From a virus, in the IMG/VR virus record IMGVR_UViG_3300008116_000173, positions 1 to 64,000 of that record: 64,000 nt of DNA, one strand, 5' to 3'. Made by a program: the position numbers and the translations under genes. The notes beneath the pieces were generated by a model, which saw only the letters and a program-made list of their open reading frames with translations, was not told the origin of the DNA and did not search any database. This document shows positions 9,801 to 18,489 of the stretch, piece after piece. The number at the start of each line of letters is the position of its first letter. Position 1 is the first letter of the stretch.

Positions 9801-12800
9801 TTAAATAATTTAAGAAAAGGTGATACTGTTAGATTTGAATCACGTCCTTTATCTGTAGATCCAGATGCTATTGCTATATTAGATTTAAATAATAAACTAA
9901 TAGGTTGGGTTAGGGCTTCAGCTAAAAAACAATTAGAACAATTAAAAACAAATAATCAGTTAAATACTGAACAAGCTCAAACACTTCAACAATTTGAAGA
10001 ATGGCGTACAACATTACTTAATAAACTTAAATCAGGTGAAGAAGTATATAGTACAGTTCAAGAAAAAGGTACAGGTAACTTATACACTAAAACTATATTA
10101 TTACCTACAGGTCAACAGATTGTAGATGCTAATATAGATATATTTAATTCATTTAGAGAAAAAGATACCATACAAAGTAAACCTATATTTGTATATGCAA
10201 GTAAAAAAGATGTTACAGGTAGATCAAAATTAGTATTACCTGAAACAACATTTACACCTGAAGAAAATGCAGCTATTCAAAATAGATTAGAAACATTAAA
10301 TAAATATGATTTAAAACCAGGTCGTGTATTTAAATTAATTAAAGATTTAAATGATGAGTGGAGTTTAATGCCATTATATGCTAATAATATTACTGATGAT
10401 ATTTTTAAAGATATAGTTGAAATATTAAAAAATACAGATAATGAATCTGATATTCAAATACTTAGTCGTGATTTAAATAAATATATTTATAGTACTACTA
10501 ATGATAATAAATCAGCACCATTATTAATTAAGAAAAATCAAATTAATCAAATTGTTTTTTATTTAGGTACTAAAAGTTTTACATTAGATGATATAAAATC
10601 AAAACCTGAAATTTGGAAACAAGTTAAAGATATACTTAAAAAACAAAAACAAAATATAGAGGTAGCAAACCTTAATCAATCATTTCAACAACAAGAGTAT
10701 GCTAAAAACAAAACCTTGTTAACAAATGTTAATTTATATGAAGGTGAATATTTTATACAACCTTATGTATCTTACGTAACAGATTTTAAAATTAACATAA
10801 ATCCTAAACCTGTAACTACAACACCAGCTGCAGCTAGTGCTCAACCTAGTACTAATCAACAACAAGTTGATAGGGCTGAACGTTTAAAACGTGCAGCAGC
10901 TAGGTATAAAAATCCAGATACTGAAGGTGCAGCATCAGTTAGACCTGATTATAGTAAATATAATGAAAAGCAATTTAAAGCCTTTTTAAAGAAGAAATTA
11001 CCTCAGCTTAGTATAGCTAACCAAGACCAATTAAATGCTCTTAGAGGGCTTCTAATTGATCCTGTGGGGTATTTTAAAGGTAACCTTATATATTTATTTA
11101 AAGGTGCTGGTAATTTAACAGCTTACCATGAAGCATTTCACGGTGTATTTAGGAATTTATTAACAGTAGCTGAGCGTGAAAATATAATTAATGAAGCTAA
11201 AAGTAAGTATAAAGAACCTACAAAAGAAGATTTAGATAACTTACAAAAACGTTTAAACAATAATTATACTACTGAACAATTAACTTATTTATATTACGAA
11301 GAACAATTAGCTGATGATTTTGCAATTTATACTAATGATAAAAACAACCGTAGCTTACTTAAAAGAATTACAGATGCTATTAGAGCTATATTTGATAAAA
11401 TACTGTCCTATTTTGATTTATTTGAGAGTGCTAATACCTCAAGTATAAATGATGTATTTGATGCTGTAAATGAAGGTAGATTTAAACAAAGACAATCTAT
11501 AAGTAATAATGTAGTTAATTTACCTTTGTTTCAAGAAGGTGCTTATTCACCTAAAGCTAAATTAAATATTGGTTTAGCTGATAGAATTAAAGTTGTATCA
11601 TCATTAGCTGATAACTTTTTAGCTTTATTGAATCAACGTATAGTTAATGATAAATATGCTGATGTAAGTAAAAAAGATTTATTTAATGGTATATATGATG
11701 AATTATACAATCAATTAAATGAAGCTTTTGATTTAAGCGATTCAGATTTACTTGGTAATGTTATATTAAATTATGCTGATTTAATTAATCAGGATGTTAA
11801 AACTAATTTAAAAGAACGTGGTGTACTTGATAATTTTGATTATGAATTTATTAATAGTGAAGAACGTAATCCTGAATCAAAATCAACATTAACTAATGAT
11901 GATAAATTAACATTAGCTGTATCTGAAACTGAAGAAACTCAAATTAAAGAAGGTAAAGATTCTAAAGGATATAGAGAACAAACTTCTATTTCAGGTTTAA
12001 CTACTGCATCTGCACGTATTAAATTATTTTTATCAGCTATACCTGTTTATGAAGAAAATGAAAATGGTGAATTAGTTTATGAAAAAAATGAATTAGGTTT
12101 ACAAAAATATCATGATTTTAAATCATTATATTATTATATAGAAAAGAACTTAATTGATAAATATACTTTTGAAGAACAATTAGCAGTGTTAAAAAATTTA
12201 ACATCTTCTAATCCTGCTTTAATAAGTGTATTAAATAAACTTCAAGTTAATCCGCCCTACATGAGTGCTGAAAGATTTGAAATGTTACAAAATGATTTTA
12301 AAACTAATTTTAGTAAACAACAACTAGTATACACATTAGTTAAACATTCATATAATCCTGCTAATAATACTATTAGTTTTAAAATAATAGATGCTAATAG
12401 AAATAATTTACCTACTAAATTAAAAGAAAGTTGGAAAAATAGTTATACAGTTAATGTATCTGAAAAAGGTTTATCACAACCAATTAAATTAGAAAACACT
12501 CTTAAAAAAGAAATTAAAAAACTTGATAATGAAAATGGTGCTTTAGATGTTGATGTTATCAGTTCATTGCTTAAAACTATTCATATTGATTTAAGTAAAA
12601 AAACTATAGAAGCTAATGCTGATAGTAAAGTATTTGCAAGGGATATAAATGTTGTATTATCATGGTATATTAAAAATAATAATACTAATTATGATGCTGC
12701 TACAAGGATAGCTATTGAAAATTTAATTAAACTTGAAACAGCTGTAATGATAGAAATGCATTCACAATCATTTATTGATGGTGAAGGTAATAATATCTGG

Positions 12801-15800
12801 ACTATACAATTACCATCTGAATTAAGTAAGTTTTTAGCTAAAGTTAAAAATCCTCAAAAACGTGAACGATTTATAAATGATTTCTTTAAAGATGTTTTTT
12901 ATAAAAATTCTAATTTACTTAACGAATTACAACGTAATTCTAAATTTGCTGAAATATTTTCAATATCTTATTTAGATTCATTTAAAGATGAAATAGGTGT
13001 TAAAAAAGGTATTGGATTTACATCATTATCACCAAGAGATTATTTAGCTATGAAAATAGCTTTATTTAATAACCTTGAGGTTAATAGTGAAGATCGTTTT
13101 ACAATGCCTGTAAATAAATATTTATATATTGTACCTGCTGATAAGAGTATGCAAGCCATTGTAGACTCTACATCATTTGATGTTTTCTTTGCACCAAACA
13201 ATATTGAAGTAAGTACCAATAGTAAAATCATTGAGTCGTTTTATAATATATTTTTACAAGAAGCTAAACGTATAAATAAGTTTAATAAAATAAAAAATAG
13301 TTTTTTAACTGAAGGTTCACAATCAAAATTTAAACCTACATTGCTTAATGAGTATGGTGTATTTAGTAAAAAAACATATCAAAGTGATTTAGTACAAAAT
13401 TTATTAAATAAATATAATACTGAAGGTACATTAACTAATGAAGAATATGCACAATTAGCCAATAAAATGGATGGTCAAGCATTTAAATTTAATTATTTAA
13501 ATAATGATTATTTTACATTTGCTAAAAATTTACCACAACAAACTAAAGAGTTAATTAAAAATACATTAGAAAATAGTTTACTTACTGATGATATGCTTGA
13601 AAAATCTTTAGCTGCGCAAAAAAATATAATTAAAAAAGAGTTAGCTTCATTTGTATATAAAACTTATGAAATAACTTTAAAAGAGTGGGAAAGTAAAGGC
13701 ATAATAACTAAAAATAAAAATAATGAATATGTTAATTCATTAGTTCAATTACCTTCTGTAAAAACAACTACTAGTGTAGATCAACGTATTAAAAATTTAG
13801 CATTAAAATATAGTGCTAATTATTTATTACACAATATTGAACTATCTAATATGTTTAACGGTGATGTATCTCAATATAAACCTAATGATTTACAAAAACG
13901 TACTAATCAGTCACAAAGTTTTATGACTGATGGTAAATTTAATAATCCTGTAATAAGAACTAAAGTAAATAAAGATGTTATACATGATTATTCTTTAGAA
14001 TCAGATTATACTAACATGGTTGATGTACTTAAACAATTAGGTGTATCTGATGAACGTATAAATGAAATATTAGATCCATATAAAAAGACTAATGTAACAG
14101 ATGCTCAAGTAATAATTCATCCTGAATTTTTTAAACTTATTCATTATTCACAAGGTACTTGGACACCTGAATTAGAAACAGCTTATAACATAGCTGAAGG
14201 TATAATACCTGGTGATGCTAAAAAAAGTGTACAAACATTATTACGTGGTTTTAAACCATTTTATTTTGGTAAACGTTTTGATCCTGTAACTGAAACATGG
14301 TATTATGAACAAGTTAAATGTTCTATGTTTCCATTATTTAAATCTTATACAGATATTAATCCATTATTTGCTTTAAAACGTGAAGAAATGGAAAAAGATA
14401 ATATAGATATGATAGCTTTTGAATCATCATTCAAAGGTGCTATAGGTTATAGAAGTGATTTTTTAGATGATAATAAAACTATATTAGAATTAGATGTTAA
14501 TAATTTTGGTATTCAACAAGCTAACCCTGATCATACTACTGAAGGTAATGATTCATTACGTCAGCTTAAAATGATTTTACCAGGTACTATTGACACTAAT
14601 GTTAGTTATAATGGTAGATCAGGTGCTGATATATTAGATGAAATATTATCACTTGAAGCTGCTAATTTAAAAACTGATTTAATTAAATTAACTAAATTAT
14701 TAAATAATCCTTCGTCACAAGCTGAGTTTAATAGCTTTATTCAAGAAATGATTACTAAGCGTGGTGCTTATGAAGTATTAGTTAATTTTTTAAGTGTTGA
14801 TGAAAATGGTCAATATATTTACCCATTAGATAGTGGTATAACAAGTACTAAAGTACAAGAATTATTATCTAGTGTATTTACTTCTAAAGTATTAAAACAA
14901 AAATTTAATCATGGTGGTTCATTAGTACAAGCTACTAGTTTAGGTCTTAAGTTTAGTAATTTAAGTGAACAACAAAAAAACCTTACACCTGAATTATTAG
15001 CTAAACAACGTAAATTAGAATGGTTTAAACCAAACATTCAAACTGGTCAAATAGGTTATGCAGAATGTATTATGCCTGCATCAGCTAAAAAATTCTTTGA
15101 TGAAAATGGTTTTTTAAAAGATATAAATAATATACCTGATGCATTAAAAGAATTTATAGCTTATCGTATACCTACTGAAGGTTTACATTCAACAATGGCT
15201 ATTAGAGTAATTGAATTTTTACCTAAAGAATTAGGTAATTTTATATTATTACCTTATCATGTAACTACACAATTTGGTGCTGACTTTGACTTTGATAAAA
15301 TTTATTTCTTTGGTAGAGAATTTACTACAAGTGTAAATAAGAAAACAGGTAAAGTAACTTACAGAATACCTGAAATGAATTATGATGAAACTGAGTATGC
15401 TACTGAACAACGTTATAAAGATTATGTATATTCTGTATTACAAGATAAAAATAATGAACTTTATTATGAAGATGTTATTACTGAATATGAAAAATATTAT
15501 GGTGAACCAATAGCATCATTATCTAAAAATGAAAAAATACAAGTTTTAGTAAGTGAAAACATACTAATGACACTAGATAAATTTAGTAAACGACCTATAG
15601 AAGAACAAAATACTAAAGCAGCTAGGAATAATCGTATAGTTGATAATTATCTTAATATTATTACATCTATTGAAAACTTAACTAATATTATTGCACCTTC
15701 AAGTTTTAAAGACATTGCTGATTTTAAAAATAATTATTTTGGTGAAAATGAAAAAGTTAATTTCTTTGCTGATTTTACACAAAATAATTATAAAAATCGT

Positions 15801-18473
15801 AACCATACAGGTAGGATATTAAAAGGTATATGGGCTTTACATTTAACAGGTCATTCATATGCTCGTATATCAGGTTTATCAACTAAACAAAATGTAAATG
15901 CTCAAGGTTTTGTAGATTATGGTAATTCAGTTAATCTTGAAGGTGGTATTACTGAAGGTAATAATCATAGAAATGATTTTTCAAGATTATATAATGATGA
16001 AGGTAAATTAATAGCTCGTGAGTTAGGTAAAGTGATGGCTGCTGTATTAGATGACCTTAAAAATCCATTACTTGAAAGTTTAAATATTAACCAATATACA
16101 ACACATGCGTTAGCTGCTATTCTTAGGGCAGGTTATTCTATGGAAACTATGTTATTGTTTTCAAGTCAACCTGCAATAACTAAGTTTTCACAACAGTCTA
16201 TAGATAATTCAAGTGCTTTATCTAAAAAAACTGAACGTTTTGACATTGAAAATTTAAAAGTATCTTATATTAAAATATTAAAAGATATCTATAATAAATA
16301 TGAATATCAAGATAATCCTGATATTAAAAGACTTATGGATACTTTAAATACAAATATACCTATTACAAATGCTGAATTAAAGGATATTTTAACTAATTTT
16401 ACTAATGACGCTAATGGTAATTTAATTAATAAAGTTACTGGTAAAAAACCTAGTGTTGAACAAGCTATGAAATACTATCATGTTCAGGTTAATGTTTTAA
16501 AACAAATGGAAAACTTAATTGCAATAGGTGATCAGTTTAAAAACTTAAATAATTTTTATACTATAAATAAAGAAGTAGGACCTCAAATAGAAGATATTAT
16601 TGAACAACAAGATTTGTTAGTTCAAATATCTAAAGATGATATATTACGTGATTATGAAATTGATTCAATGGCTACTTTATATCAAACATGGGATACTCAT
16701 TTAAATGCTTTAGATTACTTTTCTAAATACTTTCCTTATAGTAGTGAGCTATACATGGGTATTAAAAGTCAAATAGCTTTAATTCAAAAAAATAAAAGTA
16801 TTAGCGGTATTAAAACTGATGACCGTAAATTAATAAATAACTTTATTAGGACTTATTTAGATTATTCTTTTGAGAAGTTTGTTGATATACCATCTCAATC
16901 TGAAGAATTATTAAGATCATTCCCATCAATGGTTAAACAAATTACTAAAGGTACATCAGGTTTAAAGATAGATGATATATCATATGAAGAATTAAGTAAA
17001 AATCCTTTTATAGCTAATATTGAAGTTAAATTCAATAAAAAAACTGGTTTAAATCAAATTCAATTAAAAAGTGGTCAGTTAATACCTCAAGTAAAAGATA
17101 GTATCTCTAATGGGCTTATATTGCTTTATAACAATAAAAAAACAAGAGGGTTAGCTGAAAATTTTGTTAAATATGCATTTTTAACTAGTGGTTTTTATAC
17201 TGGTGTTAATATGTATTCAAATCTTATAGATCCAAGTATATTAAAAGCTATGGAGTATACAAATTATAGGATGCAAACAACTAATGATTTAGTTAATGGT
17301 ACTTTTACATTAGAAGTTGATAATAATAGATTAATAGATCAATTAGTTAGAAATTATCCTTATAACTTTACTAATATATTTGATAGTAATTTATTTGATG
17401 AATCAACTAAAAATGGTTTACCTAATAAATTAACACTTAATGAAGAAGCTTTAAATGAAGCTAATATGAGTGGTTATATGTTTGATACTAAAATTGGTAT
17501 TTTAACACCACGTTATATAATGGTACGTCAAAAAGATGCTGAATCTACTAAAAAAGAAGGTTTAACATTATATAAATTAGAAAATAATAATGAAGGTTTT
17601 AAATATGTTAAAATAAATGAATTAGGTAAAAAAGGATTTTTAATAGAAGTAAATCCTTTAGAAGATATTGTTAATAGTGTTGTTAACAGAAATTTAGAAA
17701 AAATACCTGATGCTATACTTCAAGATCCACCTGATGGTGTTGAAAATGATATGATGCCTGAATTAAGTATGTCAAAAGATACTGAATATGATATGGAAGC
17801 TAGTATACTTGGTAAATCACAAGTTGAATTTGATGCTATAGATAAAGCTATTGCTGCTAAATCTATTACTCAACCTATAGTACAACCTACTGAAAGAAAA
17901 ACTTATTCAGGAAAAGTAACAAGTTTACAGCCTAATCAAATATTTGTATTTGGAAGTAATCCTCTTGGTATTAATGGAAATCCTTCTAAAGGCACAGGAG
18001 GAGCAGCTTTAGTTGCGTATAATATTGCAGGTGTTAAACAAGGTGAAAAAATGGATAATAAGTTATCTGATTCAGGAAAAGCTTGGGGAATTACAACAGT
18101 AAAAGCTCCAGGACAAAAAAGAAGTAAAACTCCTGAACAAATAACAGAAGGTATTAAAAAATTATATGAATATGCTAAACAAAATCCAACCAAAGAATTT
18201 TTAATTTCTGATTATTCAGGAACAAATCTTAATGGTTATACAGGTCAAGAAATGGCAGATATGTTTGTTAATGCAGGATCAATACCTTCTAATATAGTAT
18301 TTAATAACAACTTTGATAAATTAATTACTACTCAACCTACTACTCAACCTACTGCACAAGATAATCAAATATTAAATTCACCACAATTTAAAGAATTTTA
18401 CAATAAAGAATTAGAAAGTAATCCTAATTTAACTGTAGAAGAAGCTTTAGATTATTATAAAAAATGTAAATAA
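6822..18473 (+). CDS. Giant virion-packaged DNA-dependent RNA polymerase (crAss-type) with zincin protease domain and accessory cassettes
   Basis: 3883 aa; catalytic GADFDFDK (DFDFD at 15282-15296), AYRIPTEG, TDAQ and FESSFKG motifs; zincin YHEAFHG (11127-11141) with downstream EEQLAD; Gly-rich hydrophobic N-terminus. Confidence 0.9.
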   Translation: MGKKQNIKQPIIIDGVKLGGVEPSVKDVTVSDYSPVLTTLSPDNTFGESKYDLEKPWSVEEIQSGDYELYRGKAQNGFAQLGLGLLRATGKALLEGVKTPGYLYALGDAMRPGVTLDQALDNSFIKAFEGVEESMKEAMPVYQSYKSGRGGLVDNLFSTSFWGSEGADGVGYMAGLFIPGAGIKALGMAGKIAKLSRGTKILGGAEKIGEMAELGTITLVNTIAEAGAEAKGLADNLKIQFRDRLNPDSPNYNPINPSTGQVWTEKEISEAIADNTRNLFTENFALLVGPNLLMNKFLLGRFAKDKKILDSFRDANGNLISNPVVKRKLLSEYGKKIGLGLGSEGFFEEGSQFALENYHNKKAFNETNKNLLDGFINEYYNGLSNIDGQKSIALGAILGGFGGAIGQYRQNKAESKMRPKISKLIDMNFDGFAADTDIYDRDENGNIIKVNVEKQLAYFANMASEMKASQLADAATLADDPVLHDLIQSDQFARFAVPFIQLGDVGLEILDEKIDKASETRELRDNELLGQDKTKFKLDFNEQQWKQNLKNSAKQLAAAYNGSIELANKLPFLEEAAAKNPKYAADYINVLANMMYFETSKQMFYVEQISKLNAQILDIDNSDKRFLPQNEAFREKFVKQIESLEKLLSESKENYKILFDENEQSKAYDEYIKDRKEEENLAQQAQAEVDAVNNEFDPVNNPQGAAKEQAAAASNVAEDLKNEFGNTQTNPPTLNEILNQSQGDRAPAPTLSDVLNQTAQQTPVSTDAKKADIEKNYFIVTMSGSRTIEQLKSEKNPDFIGDYEFLDLGDGLVAWKTPKDPKSTIQQYLIADTKSNSKLIHKTSKDVKGNFARINEPNVKADAKSSNDNYELRLNRLNEAISKINNAELAALEGSKPAEPIATQTPVTSTVSDEDQDEVSKQINNVSVYSHTDDYDNVDKIPLNSIEGKIKQLWNDFRMLLFKGKKIGKQYLFDRNENGLPNYENKSGIDVTALNNLRKGDTVRFESRPLSVDPDAIAILDLNNKLIGWVRASAKKQLEQLKTNNQLNTEQAQTLQQFEEWRTTLLNKLKSGEEVYSTVQEKGTGNLYTKTILLPTGQQIVDANIDIFNSFREKDTIQSKPIFVYASKKDVTGRSKLVLPETTFTPEENAAIQNRLETLNKYDLKPGRVFKLIKDLNDEWSLMPLYANNITDDIFKDIVEILKNTDNESDIQILSRDLNKYIYSTTNDNKSAPLLIKKNQINQIVFYLGTKSFTLDDIKSKPEIWKQVKDILKKQKQNIEVANLNQSFQQQEYAKNKTLLTNVNLYEGEYFIQPYVSYVTDFKININPKPVTTTPAAASAQPSTNQQQVDRAERLKRAAARYKNPDTEGAASVRPDYSKYNEKQFKAFLKKKLPQLSIANQDQLNALRGLLIDPVGYFKGNLIYLFKGAGNLTAYHEAFHGVFRNLLTVAERENIINEAKSKYKEPTKEDLDNLQKRLNNNYTTEQLTYLYYEEQLADDFAIYTNDKNNRSLLKRITDAIRAIFDKILSYFDLFESANTSSINDVFDAVNEGRFKQRQSISNNVVNLPLFQEGAYSPKAKLNIGLADRIKVVSSLADNFLALLNQRIVNDKYADVSKKDLFNGIYDELYNQLNEAFDLSDSDLLGNVILNYADLINQDVKTNLKERGVLDNFDYEFINSEERNPESKSTLTNDDKLTLAVSETEETQIKEGKDSKGYREQTSISGLTTASARIKLFLSAIPVYEENENGELVYEKNELGLQKYHDFKSLYYYIEKNLIDKYTFEEQLAVLKNLTSSNPALISVLNKLQVNPPYMSAERFEMLQNDFKTNFSKQQLVYTLVKHSYNPANNTISFKIIDANRNNLPTKLKESWKNSYTVNVSEKGLSQPIKLENTLKKEIKKLDNENGALDVDVISSLLKTIHIDLSKKTIEANADSKVFARDINVVLSWYIKNNNTNYDAATRIAIENLIKLETAVMIEMHSQSFIDGEGNNIWTIQLPSELSKFLAKVKNPQKRERFINDFFKDVFYKNSNLLNELQRNSKFAEIFSISYLDSFKDEIGVKKGIGFTSLSPRDYLAMKIALFNNLEVNSEDRFTMPVNKYLYIVPADKSMQAIVDSTSFDVFFAPNNIEVSTNSKIIESFYNIFLQEAKRINKFNKIKNSFLTEGSQSKFKPTLLNEYGVFSKKTYQSDLVQNLLNKYNTEGTLTNEEYAQLANKMDGQAFKFNYLNNDYFTFAKNLPQQTKELIKNTLENSLLTDDMLEKSLAAQKNIIKKELASFVYKTYEITLKEWESKGIITKNKNNEYVNSLVQLPSVKTTTSVDQRIKNLALKYSANYLLHNIELSNMFNGDVSQYKPNDLQKRTNQSQSFMTDGKFNNPVIRTKVNKDVIHDYSLESDYTNMVDVLKQLGVSDERINEILDPYKKTNVTDAQVIIHPEFFKLIHYSQGTWTPELETAYNIAEGIIPGDAKKSVQTLLRGFKPFYFGKRFDPVTETWYYEQVKCSMFPLFKSYTDINPLFALKREEMEKDNIDMIAFESSFKGAIGYRSDFLDDNKTILELDVNNFGIQQANPDHTTEGNDSLRQLKMILPGTIDTNVSYNGRSGADILDEILSLEAANLKTDLIKLTKLLNNPSSQAEFNSFIQEMITKRGAYEVLVNFLSVDENGQYIYPLDSGITSTKVQELLSSVFTSKVLKQKFNHGGSLVQATSLGLKFSNLSEQQKNLTPELLAKQRKLEWFKPNIQTGQIGYAECIMPASAKKFFDENGFLKDINNIPDALKEFIAYRIPTEGLHSTMAIRVIEFLPKELGNFILLPYHVTTQFGADFDFDKIYFFGREFTTSVNKKTGKVTYRIPEMNYDETEYATEQRYKDYVYSVLQDKNNELYYEDVITEYEKYYGEPIASLSKNEKIQVLVSENILMTLDKFSKRPIEEQNTKAARNNRIVDNYLNIITSIENLTNIIAPSSFKDIADFKNNYFGENEKVNFFADFTQNNYKNRNHTGRILKGIWALHLTGHSYARISGLSTKQNVNAQGFVDYGNSVNLEGGITEGNNHRNDFSRLYNDEGKLIARELGKVMAAVLDDLKNPLLESLNINQYTTHALAAILRAGYSMETMLLFSSQPAITKFSQQSIDNSSALSKKTERFDIENLKVSYIKILKDIYNKYEYQDNPDIKRLMDTLNTNIPITNAELKDILTNFTNDANGNLINKVTGKKPSVEQAMKYYHVQVNVLKQMENLIAIGDQFKNLNNFYTINKEVGPQIEDIIEQQDLLVQISKDDILRDYEIDSMATLYQTWDTHLNALDYFSKYFPYSSELYMGIKSQIALIQKNKSISGIKTDDRKLINNFIRTYLDYSFEKFVDIPSQSEELLRSFPSMVKQITKGTSGLKIDDISYEELSKNPFIANIEVKFNKKTGLNQIQLKSGQLIPQVKDSISNGLILLYNNKKTRGLAENFVKYAFLTSGFYTGVNMYSNLIDPSILKAMEYTNYRMQTTNDLVNGTFTLEVDNNRLIDQLVRNYPYNFTNIFDSNLFDESTKNGLPNKLTLNEEALNEANMSGYMFDTKIGILTPRYIMVRQKDAESTKKEGLTLYKLENNNEGFKYVKINELGKKGFLIEVNPLEDIVNSVVNRNLEKIPDAILQDPPDGVENDMMPELSMSKDTEYDMEASILGKSQVEFDAIDKAIAAKSITQPIVQPTERKTYSGKVTSLQPNQIFVFGSNPLGINGNPSKGTGGAALVAYNIAGVKQGEKMDNKLSDSGKAWGITTVKAPGQKRSKTPEQITEGIKKLYEYAKQNPTKEFLISDYSGTNLNGYTGQEMADMFVNAGSIPSNIVFNNNFDKLITTQPTTQPTAQDNQILNSPQFKEFYNKELESNPNLTVEEALDYYKKCK

Positions 18474-18489
18474 TAATAACTTATAAATT

